The notes: generated by a model from the letters alone, not told the origin. A DNA stretch of 64,000 nt from Eledone cirrhosa (GCA_964016885.1 OZ024741.1:292454001-292518000), one strand, 5' to 3'; positions 1 through 11,106 are shown, counted from the first letter of the stretch. Numbers and translations are program-made.

Positions 1-158
1 ACAAATAAGCTTTGACGTACCCTTTTAAAATGCAACCATTATTTTTGGAAGCCATCCTTAACACTAAGACTTATTAAAATAATATAAACAATTCACTATC
101 CAGATGGCTTCCAAAAATAATGGTTGCATTTTAAAAGGGAACGTCAAAGCTTATTTGT
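1..158. repeat. 56-bp inverted repeat (1-56 / 103-158) immediately upstream of a hammerhead motif; probable inverted PLE pseudo-LTR structure, possibly cut by the window edge
   Basis: ACAAATAAGCTTTGACG...GGAAGCCATC is the reverse complement of GATGGCTTCC...CAAAGCTTATTTGT with 1 mismatch; 46-bp spacer. Confidence 0.9.
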
Positions 159-175
159 AAAACTGTTATATATTG

Positions 176-240
176 TATTTTGTCTGATGAAGGCATACCA
201 TAATTTAATTTGGTATCCCTGAAATATGTATAATGAAATA
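176..240 (+). ncRNA. Minimal type I hammerhead ribozyme motif
   Basis: Stem I TATTTTGT/ATGAAATA (two G-U pairs); CTGATGA 184-190; stem II AGGCATACC/GGTATCCCT (8 of 9 pairs); GAAA 221-224; quasi-palindromic TATGTA; UA cleavage site at 231-232. Confidence 0.7.
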
Positions 241-681
241 AATATGGTTTTATAAATATAGTTTCAATTTATTAATATCGTATATATATATATATGTATA
301 TATATATATGTCCCACCCTTGCAAGCAGGGAGAAGCGGACGTAAAATGATGATGATGATGATGATATATATATATATTAATATTTCACCATCATTGTTTA
401 ACGTCCATTTTCCACGTGTCTGTGTATATATATATATGTGCGGCAACACTCATCTTTTTCCATTTCTCCGAGGGTTATAAACCCCACTATCAGGCTAGAA
501 ATTTCTTTAGTCTAAAATACGGTGAAAGCTTATAATTTCTAATTTCTAATATATATATATATATATTTGTGTGTTTATATATATATGTATGTATATAGTT
601 AGATGTATGTATATTTATATATATATACATAGATGTATGTATATTTATATCTATCTATCTATCTATATATATATATATGTA

Positions 682-843
682 GATTTAAAACTGCACTATC
701 CACAAGTGTTTTTAACCTTCATATCATGTCCTCCTATTTTATCTGATGAAAACACAAATGTTATTGCATGATGATATTTGTTTTTGAAATGCGCATAATA
801 AAATACATGGAACTCATTTAACCATCTTTTGATCTTATATATT
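682..843 (+). mobile_element. Short HHR-bearing element (PLE pLTR-like, family H1) inserted in (TA)n
   Basis: About 9 differences in ~160 bp from the reverse complement of 9821-9982; flanked on both sides by (TA)n. Confidence 0.8.
735..805 (+). ncRNA. Minimal type I hammerhead ribozyme, apparently intact
   Basis: TATTTTAT-CTGATGA-AAACACAAAT...ATATTTGTTTTT-GAAA-TGCGCA-TA-ATAAAATA: perfect 8-bp stem I and palindromic stem III TGCGCA. Confidence 0.85.
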
Positions 844-855
844 ATATATATATAT

Positions 856-906
<51 letters not shown>

Positions 907-1008
907 TTACATATAACCACCTAAAGACAGGCAACATTTTAATCCCTCTTACATTCTGGAGATATCAGTGTATGTGTGTATTTATATATATGTGTCTGTC
1001 TGTGGACT

Positions 1009-1322
1009 TGGCATGGTTGAATGGATAAGAAGTTTACTTTACAATTATAAGGTTCTAGATTTGACCCTACTGTGTACCGTTTTTGTCATGACAGTGAAAT
1101 TGTGTGGACAAACCTATGCAGATATCTGTAGGATGGATTGCAGCTGTAATTCAAGGGTCATACCTTGTCACATATTGATCATGATGTGTTGGCCTGGGAA
1201 TTATATAAAGGGAAAATTTGTGTATGGAATACTCAACCATGCATGCAATAATGCAAGTGGAATGTTCAGTCAATCATAAAAGTGAATGTTTATCATTGAA
1301 ACCAACAGAAGATGCATTGCCA
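1009..1322 (+). mobile_element. Diverged tRNA-derived SINE (3' half related to 53441-53750 and 15290-15520)
   Basis: A-box-like TGGTTGAATGG; 3' part GTGTATGGAATACTCAACCA resembles GTCTGTGGAATCCATAGCCA near 53646. Confidence 0.4.
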
Positions 1323-1385
1323 TGTGTATGTGTGCATGTGTGTATGCATGTGTGTGTATACATGCATCTTTGTGTGTATGCAGGC

Positions 1386-1418
<33 letters not shown>

Positions 1419-1949
1419 CATGCATGCATGTATGTGTGTATATATATATATATAAATATATGTACACACACACACGTGTGTGTATGTGTGTACATATATT
1501 ATTGACAGATAACTTTGGTAAATTTCAAATTTTATTTCCTTATTTTATTTATAATTACCTTTTCTCATTATCGCAATTAATATTTCATTATCATTAATAC
1601 AATTAGCATTTATATTTTCATTATGAGTTGAATATTATTCTTTTTTTTATTGTTTTATATTCGTATATTATATTTCCAAATATACATCCAACCAGTATTG
1701 ATATGGCTGTTACTCATTCCAGAAGCATGATATATTTTGGCTTTGTTGAAGAGTAACGATGCCAATTTTATGCAATCATCAGAGAGCATGGTTTGCAGCA
1801 TAGTTACAGCCCTTTATTGAAATCCTGCCAAGCTTAGATTTGTTTTTTATTTGACCATGACTTCTTGTTTTTAATAATAATAAGGAAAATGATTGTATAC
1901 AGTGCTCAGTTGCACTACAACTCATCAAAGGTGCATGCATAGTACATAG

Positions 1950-2128
1950 AATAATTGTTTCTAATTTTGGCACAATGCCAGCAATTACCTCAATGTATTA
2001 CTGGTGCTTTATTTTATCATTCCTTTAAGGATGAAAAGCAAAGCTAACCTCGGCAGGATTTGAACTTAGAACATAAAAGGCCATAACTCTGTGCTGCAAA
2101 GCTCTACCTATACTGCCAATCCACCATT
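1950..2128 (-). mobile_element. tRNA-derived SINE with Meta/MESC-like central domain
   Basis: Reverse complement of the family consensus GTTCAAATCC...GCCTTTCATCCTT...AAGTACCAGT...GTGCC..AAGTAGAAACAAT. Confidence 0.75.
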
Positions 2129-2224
2129 CATAGAATAATGTACAAATTTCAGGGAAGTGAACAGTGTATGAGTCATGATATACATACAGGCACACACACA
2201 TGCGTGCGTGTGTATGTAAGCGGA

Positions 2225-2550
2225 ATATCGGGTGTAATGTTGATGAATTTTGGGAAGCATGGAAGTTTTGAAGGATGCAGTGTCCTGAAAGCTAACAACT
2301 AATACAGATAGTTTGTTTCATGCTTCAGCAAATCTGAGCATGAAAATAATGTTTCAGAATGTCATGTGAGCTGTAGTGTTTTCTGATTTTGTAAGCATGT
2401 CTATGGGTGTTAGTCACATGGAATTAAAAAAGGTGCTCAGGGTTGTTATTGGAAAGATGGTCAATAATCTTGTGGGCCAGATGCCAGATATTGGAGCTTT
2501 TTTGGCGGGGGACTTGTATTCTTCAAATTTTACATTGATATCCTGACAAT
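2225..2550 (-). mobile_element. Degraded 3' end of a CR1/L2-group LINE
   Basis: Minus-strand conceptual translation across indels gives RHAYKIRK...KHYF...NKL...VVS...SFK, like the C-terminus of CR1/L2 ORF2. Confidence 0.45.
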
Positions 2551-3500
2551 ATTTTAGTTTTACCGAATTACATTAAAATTTAAAAGTGTGTCGATTTTAA
2601 TAAAAGGATTAGAAGTTTCATATTTGGTTTGTCCCTTGAATTATATCTTTATGCTCTGTATTTCTTCCATTAGCAATTAATACATTAAGCCTTCTCACAT
2701 TTGGTAAAGAACAAGTGTTATACCCACTCTTATTCATCTTATATACATGAATGAATGTATGTGTGTGCACGCATGTGTATGTGTGTGCACGTGTGTGTAT
2801 GTATGTATGTGTGTGTGTGTATATATATATGTGTGTGTGTATATGTGTGTGTATATATATATGTGTGTGTGTATGCATATATATGTATATAAGAAATGTA
2901 TGGATATATATATGTGTGTGTCTGTATAAACATTAGCACAGATTCCATATTTGCACTGATGAAAATATTGAAATCATCATAGTAGCATTCATCGCCATCA
3001 TCATCATCATCGTCATTACCACCATTATTATTAGTAGTATTCTTTTTGTTGTTGTTGTAATTATCAGTAATCATTAGAAGAAGGAAAGTAAACATTTGAT
3101 TGAAATCAGTGGGATAAAAGAGAAGCTTTTCTTTCATCTAACAATTTCTTTTCATCTACCTCACTAATATCACATGTGCACCACAAAAATCACTGTTTAT
3201 GTTTTTCATTAGATACACAGAGCCTTTGAATTTCTACTCCAATGCACTTTTTCAGCTAAATTATCAACAAATATTAAATATTTCTCACTCAGTAATAATG
3301 ATAATAATAATAACAATAATAAAAATAGTAATCATTATTATTATTTCTGTTAATTTTTTTATAATAATAATAATAATATTATAATAATAGTAATAATTTA
3401 ATGAAGCATGATAATATTATAAATAATAGTCGTCACCATAATGATTGTTAAATACTATTGGAAGTATTTCTTTTTCATTAAAAGAAATGATAATATATAT

Positions 3501-3829
3501 TTCATTTCATTTCATTTTACGTCAGCTTTTTCCCTGCTTGCAAGGGAACTGATTCTGGCTTGATTTCTACAGCTGGATGCCCTTCCTAACACCAACCTCA
3601 TTTACAGTTTGTGCTGGGTGCTTTTTTGCCGTGGCACCTCCACGACCACTTTGCAGTGGAATGATATGGACCCCAGTCCCTATCATTTCATTTCTACAGC
3701 TGAGTAAACTGGAGCAATGTGAAATAAAGTGTCTTGCTCAAGGAAACAACAAATCACCCGGTCTGAGAATTGAACTCACAACCTTTCGATTGCAAGGCCA
3801 ATGCTCTAACCACTAAGCCATGTGCCTCC
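3501..3829 (-). mobile_element. tRNA-derived CORE-like SINE with RTE-derived 3' tail
   Basis: Reverse complement of 6564-6922: A and B boxes, CCTTGAGCAAGACACTT CORE-like motif, RTE tail. Confidence 0.85.
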
Positions 3830-4135
3830 ATATATATGTATATTTGTATATATATGTATGTATATATATATGTATATATATACAGTGAGTCCTCGATATA
3901 CGGTATATAAGGCGTTCCTGAAACCCTTACCATATATTGAATTACCATCTAAAGAACCCATTTTAACATGAAATAGATAGGGATGCATTCCAGCACATCG
4001 AAAAAGTCATCCCTACAGAAAAGAAATAATGTTTTTTTTTTATTTACTGTACCTTACACATGCCGCATAGTTCATCAGATGATGTGCTCGTCATTTCTCC
4101 TTCCCAAGGCTAAGGGATAGTATGGGTTTTAGCCC

Positions 4136-5748
4136 TTACTCATCTTGGGCTGAGTTGGCAGGGGAGAATGAGGGTGATGTGGGAGGCTCAAAACCAACAA
4201 ACTCATTGACTGCAGTGGATGTTGAAGGGCCATATGTAGCACGGTTGGCAGGTGTGACTGGCTTGAAAAAAGAGTAGATGGAGGACTGTTTGGCGTTGTT
4301 TCTTTTGGCTTCATACATTTCTTGATAAATCTTGATGCTTTTCTCGACGTCTTGAGCCACTTTGCTGCTCCTAGAGTGGTTCAGCGTAGCTTTCCAAAAG
4401 GTCTTGCACATCATAGAGCTGGCTTCGTTGGTGTTAATTATGTTAACACCATCGAAGCCAGCTCTATGGCAGAGATTTACAATATCTTTTTTATCGCACC
4501 AATATCCTCAGCAAAGCCTTGGAAGTCATTCACACATGCTGGCCATAATTTCTTCCAGGCCAAGTTCATGGTAGACTGCTTCACTTCTTCCCAAGATGCC
4601 TTGATGTTGTACAATTTCCACCATTTCCTGATCTTGGGCTTGTCAGGCCCATCTGTGTCCTTTATCAGCTGCTGCATGGTTCTCCGCTGGTAGTATGCCT
4701 TAAATGTTTTGATGACTGTTTGATCCATCAACTGAAGGAGAGCTGTGGTGTTTGGGGGGAGAGACAAAGCCTCAATATTTTCTGACCAGTCTTCCATTGC
4801 CCGTGGGTGGCTGGGAGGGTTGTCCACTAATAGCAGAAAATGGTTGGCAATGTTGTTAGCTAATGCATATTCCTTAAAGGTTGGTGACAGATATGAGGTG
4901 AAAAAATCCTGGTGAATTGAAATGATCAGCCATGCATTCTTATTAGACTTCCATATCACTGGTAGGTATTGTTTAAGTAACCCCTTGAGTGCTCTTGGAG
5001 TTTCAGAATGGTAGATAATGAGTGTCTTTAGCTTTAAATCTCCTTCTGCATTCCCTCCAAGTAACAGAGTAACGCAGGCCTTTGAGGCTTTGAACCCCTT
5101 CACACTTTTCTCCTCCTTGTCAATATAAGTATTACTGGTCATCTTTTTCCAATAAAGTCCTGTTTCATCATACTTAATAACCTGTTTTTTGCTGTATCCC
5201 TTCTCTGCAATGCATTTCTCTAACTCTGCTTTGAATTTTTCAGCACTCTCTTTGTCGGAACTGGCAGCCTCACCTGTAACATTTATGTTGTGAAGACTCG
5301 AACGTTGTTTGAACTTATCAAACCAGCCTTTGCTTGCCTTGAATACAAAGTCCTCCACCCCCATTTCAGTCTTGAGCCTGTCAATAATAGGCAATGCTTT
5401 CTCACTGATTACATTTAAAGACAGAGGCATATTTTGACGAATTTGGTCGTCGATCCAACTTTTGAGCAACTTTTCCATCCTATCCATAATCGGCTCCCGA
5501 TGTTTGGTCAACAATTTACTCTGTAGAATCCTAGCATTCTCCCCAACTTTATTGACATCCTCAGTAATTTTTAAAACAGTCCAGACTGTAGACTGGCCTA
5601 GGCCTTAGTTACGACTTATGGCGGACGTACCTTGCCCCTGTTCCTTCTTTTTCAAAATGTCCAGCTTTATTTCCAAAGTCAGGCTCTTCCTGATGCGTTT
5701 GGCCTTTCCATTTGCATCAGCAATATTTGCAGGACGTTTTGGGGCCAT
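4136..5748 (-). pseudogene. Disrupted Tigger/pogo transposase (HTH, CENP-B-type HTH, DDE_1)
   Basis: MAPKRP...RKSLTLEIKLDIL; FKASKGWFDKFK; YDETGLYWK; LLLVDNPPSHP; LPPNTTALLQLMDQ; broken by stops or frameshifts near 5605 and 4477. Confidence 0.93.
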
Positions 5749-5822
5749 GAAATATGAGGTTATAAGATATGCCGTTTTAATTATGCTCCAAAAACACGCC
5801 GTCGGGTTTTCTCTTACTTTGA

Positions 5823-5932
5823 ATGACGTCATAACTCTTAACTGATCACTTCAGTTCGGCAAAAAATTCTCTTACTGAGAGGACACACTAGTTTGGCGAA
5901 CTGAAGTGATCAGTTAAGAGTTGTGACGTCAT
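5823..5932. repeat. 41-bp inverted repeat in the Tigger 5' non-coding region, each arm capped by TGACGTCA
   Basis: Arms 5823-5863 and 5892-5932, 39 of 41 complementary. Confidence 0.9.
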
Positions 5933-6285
5933 CGACCGATATCTGAACATGCTCGTGATTGGCCAGTTTCTCGGTAAGGTCAGTTAGTACGACAGCAGTA
6001 GTAACACAATTTTCCTAGAATTCAAATAGCAGTCAGTTTCCATGAATTCAAGGGGGAATTTATTGCTTACTACAGGTGGCGCTACGGTACAATATAAACA
6101 AAACACGACCAAAAACCGTATCTGTGAATTTTTTTACCGTAAATAGAATTGATGGTAGTAATTATCCCAAACCGTATCTGTGAATTTACCGGATAAAGAA
6201 CTACGGTATATCGAGGACGCACTGTATATATATTGGGAAAAACATATAAAAGAGGGATGATGATGATGATTCATATGTGTGTGCG

Positions 6286-6316
<31 letters not shown>

Positions 6317-6338
6317 ACATGCATACGTACATACATAC

Positions 6339-6371
<33 letters not shown>

Positions 6372-6499
6372 TATACATGTGTATATATATATATATACAT
6401 ACATACATGAATATATATGTATATATATACATATATGTATATATATACACACACACATATATATATATATACACATATATATATATACACATATATATG

Positions 6500-6560
<61 letters not shown>

Positions 6561-6563
6561 TAT

Positions 6564-6922
6564 GGAGGCACATGGCTTAGTGGTTAGAGCATTGGCCTTG
6601 CAATCGAAAGGTTGTGAGTTCAATTCTCAGATCGGGTAATGTGTTGTTTCCTTGAGCAAGACACTTTATTTCACATTGCTCCAGTTTACTCAGCTGTAGA
6701 AATGAGATGATAGGGACTGGGGTCATTTTTGCCGTGGCCCCTCCACGACCGCAAAATGGTCGTGGAGGGGCCACGGCAAAAAAGCACCCAGCACTCACTG
6801 TAAATGAGGTTGGTATTAGGAAGGGCATCCAGCTGTAGAAATCAAGCCAGAATCAGTTCCCATCCCACCCTTGCAAGCAGGGAAAAGCGGACGTAAAATG
6901 AAATGATGATGATGATGATGAT
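6564..6922 (+). mobile_element. tRNA-derived CORE-like SINE with RTE-derived 3' tail
   Basis: A box TGGCTTAGTGG (6573); B box GAGTTCAATTC (6616); CORE-like CCTTGAGCAAGACACTTTA; tail CCCTTGCAAGCAGGGAAAAGCGGACGTAAAATG followed by (ATG)n, shared with the RTE at 13441. Confidence 0.88.
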
Positions 6923-7244
6923 ATTAAGAACAAAATGAGTTTTAACATTGAGGATTTTATTGATTAGGCTCAGTTATAAATGTTTCACAGATGGGTGGCT
7001 CAGGATCCAAATTTTATGTTGTAGAGCTGATTCAAGCCCAAATCTGCTCATTAAATTTTTTAAGTAATATACATATATATACGTAATTTCAAAAAAAACA
7101 GTGGTGCACACAGGACAAAGAGAATGGAAAAATAGACAAACCTATCTCCTCAGTCAACCTCTGGAAATCTCTACATTTGTTACATATCATCATCATCATC
7201 ATCATCGTTTAACGTCCTTCTTCCATGCTAGCATGGGTTTGGAA

Positions 7245-7430
7245 TGAATTGGCAATGTCGGTAGAGGGTTGGACGCCATGCTTTCCAGCATAGTTACGTC
7301 CCTTTACGATCTGAGTTCAAATCCCGCCGAGGTTAACTTTGCCTTTCATCCTTACGGGGTCGATAAAATAAAGTACCAGTAATGTACTGGGTAATTTGCT
7401 GGCCTTGTGCCTAAAGTAGAAACAATTATT
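7245..7430 (+). mobile_element. Meta/MESC-like SINE between two minus-strand RTE 3' fragments (7186-7240 and 7431-7640)
   Basis: Nearly identical to 23566-23754. Confidence 0.8.
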
Positions 7431-7869
7431 TTATGTCTGCTTTTCCCTGCTTGCAAGGATGGGAGGGGTCCTATTCTGCATAGCATCTCTCCGCTTGTCA
7501 CGGTCCTTCGTCATCTCCTCCGTGAGCTTCAGCGATCTGAGATCTGCTCTCACCACCTCTGCCCACTTTTGTCGTGGTCTTCCTCTGCTGCATTTTCCTT
7601 CAACTGGCATTTCTTAGCATTTCTAATAAAATCTTCCTCATGATTATCATCATCAATTCATGCCCATAGAACTTCCCATCCTAAATTTGGGTTACATCCG
7701 TTACGTTCTGACTTAGAATACTGTCGAAGTGAGCTTTGCTTTTCATCCTTACAGGTTTGATACAATAAAGTACCACTGGCAATAGTTTAATTGACCTACC
7801 CTTAACCTTCAGTTTGTATCAAAAGACGTAAAAAATTCTCCTCTGTACTTGATATGACTGTACAAAAGT

Positions 7870-8027
7870 GGAATACAGACTTCTCAGATTGTCGTGTTTG
7901 TACCAGAGTTTTCAAGTCGCTGGCTGGACTAAAAAGTCACGCTCGTTCAGCGCATCGCTAGGAGTTCTCCTACATGGATATAAAGTAGTGGTTGTACTGG
8001 AAAACAAGTTGGCAGCCACCATATCAT
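7870..8027 (+). mobile_element. 3' end of an RTE-type LINE with a C-terminal C2H2 zinc finger
   Basis: 7890-7961 encodes CRVCTRVFKSLAGLKSHARSAHR-stop, followed by a short UTR and a CAT/TA tail. Confidence 0.6.
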
Positions 8028-8298
8028 ATATACATATATATGTATATGTATCATATATATATATATCATATATATATATATAAATATATATATATATATC
8101 ATATATATATATATCATATATACATATATATATGTAGCATATATATATATATTTATTTATTTAGGTTTGTTGGTTTACCACTGGATAAAACTGGTCATTC
8201 TCTATGATCAACTTTGATGTAATACTACGGAGAGCATTCAACGTAATGCAACACACCCGTCTTCGTTTGTGTTGTTGGTGGTGCGAGTACGGAGTTAA

Positions 8299-8467
8299 TT
8301 ATTATAAAATAATAGGAGGCTGGAGTGGTGTAATTCCTTAAAAGGTTTATTATACCTTGATCATTTCAATGACCGGGTTCCGTATGAATCCGGTCATTGA
8401 AATGATCAAGGTATAATAAACCTTTTAAGGAATTACACTAGTCCAGCCTCCTGTTATTTTCTAATAA
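8299..8467. repeat. ~82-bp inverted repeat with 5-nt loop; fold-back PLE-like insertion centred on a hammerhead remnant
   Basis: Centre GACCGGGTTC-CGTAT-GAATCCGGTC; each arm begins with a one-mismatch variant of GAAA-CCGG-TC. Confidence 0.8.
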
Positions 8468-8546
8468 ATATATATATTAAATATACATAAAATATATATA
8501 TATATTATATACACATATAATTTATATATATATATATTATATACAC

Positions 8547-8644
<98 letters not shown>

Positions 8645-8968
8645 CATATAATATATATATATGTATTATAATTATATATAATATATATATATATATATAA
8701 TTTATATACATATAATATATATATATATATATTATATATACATATTATATATATATATTTATTAAAATAACAGATTAAATATTTGCTCTACGGTTCTTAT
8801 ATATTTGATATATATTTATCCTTATCGAGCCCTCTTTGGATTTTAGTCTTCAAATTTATTATTATTACTATATTATATATATATATATATACATATTATA
8901 TATACATATAATATATATATATATTATGTACATATAATATATATATATATATATATATTATATATTAT

Positions 8969-9292
8969 ATCATCATCATCATTTCATTTTACGTCCACTT
9001 TTCCCTGCTTGCAAGGGTGGGACAGGAACTGATTCTGGCTTGATTTCTACAGCTGGATGCCCTTGCTAACACCAACCTCATTTACAGTGAGAGCTGGGTG
9101 CTTTTTTGCCGTGACACCTCCACGAACACTTTGCACTGGAATGATATGAACCCCAGTCCCTATTATCTCAATTCTACAGCTGAGTAAACTGGAGCAATGT
9201 GAAATAAAATGTCTTGCTCAAGGATCTGAGAATTGAACTCACAACCTTTCGATTGCAAGGCCAATGCCCTAACCACTAAGCGATGTGCCTCC
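8969..9292 (-). mobile_element. CORE-like SINE with RTE tail, third copy
   Basis: Reverse complement of 6564-6922 with a small deletion 3' of the B box. Confidence 0.85.
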
Positions 9293-9820
<528 letters not shown>

Positions 9821-9857
9821 ATATATAAGATCAAAAGATGGTTAAAAGAGTTCCATG

Positions 9858-9928
9858 TATTTTATTATGCGCATTTCAAAAACAAGTATCATCATGCAAT
9901 AACATTTGCGTTTTCGTCAGATAAAATA
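9858..9928 (-). ncRNA. Minimal type I hammerhead ribozyme, intact
   Basis: Minus strand reads TATTTTAT-CTGACGA-AAACGCAAAT...ATACTTGTTTTT-GAAA-TGCGCA-TA-ATAAAATA. Confidence 0.85.
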
Positions 9929-10030
9929 GGGAGACATGATATGAAGGTTAAAGCACACTTGTGAATAGTGCAGTTTTAAATCAAACCGCACTATTCACAA
10001 GTGTGTTTTAACCTTCATATCATGTCTCCC

Positions 10031-10101
10031 TATTTTATCTGACGAAAACGCAAATGTTATTGCATGATGATATTTGTTTTTGAAATGAGTATAATAAAAT
10101 A
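10031..10101 (+). ncRNA. Minimal type I hammerhead motif with mutated stem III (TGAGTA)
   Basis: TATTTTAT-CTGACGA-stem II-GAAA-TGAGTA-TA-ATAAAATA. Confidence 0.75.
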
Positions 10102-10232
10102 CATGGAACTCTTTTAACGATCTTTTGATCTTATATATTATTTATACTCCAGTCCTACAAACTGTAGAGTGCTACTTATCCGATATCTGCATTGCTTTAT
10201 TGTACTACAATAAAACTCACCTCCTACATATA

Positions 10233-10280
<48 letters not shown>

Positions 10281-10352
10281 TATATATACATATAATATAT
10301 ATATATTTATATATATATATATATTATATATACATATAATATATATATATTT

Positions 10353-10449
<97 letters not shown>

Positions 10450-10491
10450 TATGTACACGTACATACATATATGTATACAGATGTACATTAT

Positions 10492-11092
10492 ACACACCGA
10501 GCATTATAATAAGTGTTCGGTGAATCCATACGTACATATATATATGTGTGCATGTATGTATATATATATACATACTACTGTACGTCTGTATACATATATG
10601 TATGTACGTGTACATACTTATATTTAAATAACAGCCGTACTAAGAAATTTCGTTTCATTTTTTCCGTTTATCGTTTTGGGTGCACCCGGCCGATTAACCC
10701 ACTCGATATGCAAATTGGGCTACGCACCCGTTAATATGCATAAGATAAGTATATACGTTCAACAATCTGGCAGGAAGGTAAACGTTGCTGACGATAGCTA
10801 ATAAGCTTGAAACAAGTACAGCGTTCCTTTGTCAGTGTTGAACAAACGAGCAACGATGGTTGCTAGACACTACGGCTTAATACGGGATGTTTGTTTACAA
10901 ACACACCGAGCATTATAATAAGTGTTCGGTGAATCCATACGTACATATATATATGTGTGCATGTATGTTTATATATATATACATACTACTGTACGTCTGT
11001 ATACATATATCTATGTACGTGTACATACTTATATTTAAGTAACAGCCGTACTAAGAGTGGGAAATGAAATTTCGTTTCATTTTTTCCGTTTA
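10492..11092 (+). mobile_element. Retrozyme-like or PLE-like partial tandem repeat: ~409-bp monomer, ~1.45 copies, one hammerhead
   Basis: 10492-10670 is repeated at 10901-11092; the unique middle contains the HHR; (TA)n flanks; no meaningful ORF. Confidence 0.7.
10757..10843 (+). ncRNA. Type I hammerhead ribozyme with extended stem I
   Basis: AACGTTG-CTGACGA-TAGCTAATAAGCTT-GAAA-CAAG-TA-CAGCGTT (GUA triplet); outer pairings GTTCAACA/TGTTGAAC and CTGGCAGG/CTTTGTCAG. Confidence 0.85.
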
Positions 11093-11106
11093 CATATATA
11101 TATATA

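Larger units (their letters stand above)
3883..6224 (-). mobile_element. Full-length Tigger/pogo-family DNA transposon (Tc1/mariner superfamily)
   Basis: TIRs CAGTGAGTCCTCGATATAC / GTATATCGAGGACGCACTG (18 of 19 match); TA on both sides; duplicated subterminal AAACCGTATCTGTGAATTT; internal transposase. Confidence 0.95.
9821..10228. mobile_element. Family H1 fold-back element: ~157-bp inverted arms, each with a hammerhead, plus a ~90-bp one-sided tail
   Basis: 9821-9982 is the reverse complement of 9983-10139; unique tail 10140-10228; (TA)n on both flanks. Confidence 0.88.

Noticed and set aside
2950-2990. CTGATGA-AAATATT-GAAA as a hammerhead
   Set aside because: No convincing stem I or stem III; lies in CAT/AT low-complexity sequence where chance matches are expected
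6564-6640. tRNA gene
   Set aside because: Has A and B boxes but continues into CORE-like and RTE-tail sequence and occurs in four copies; it is a SINE head
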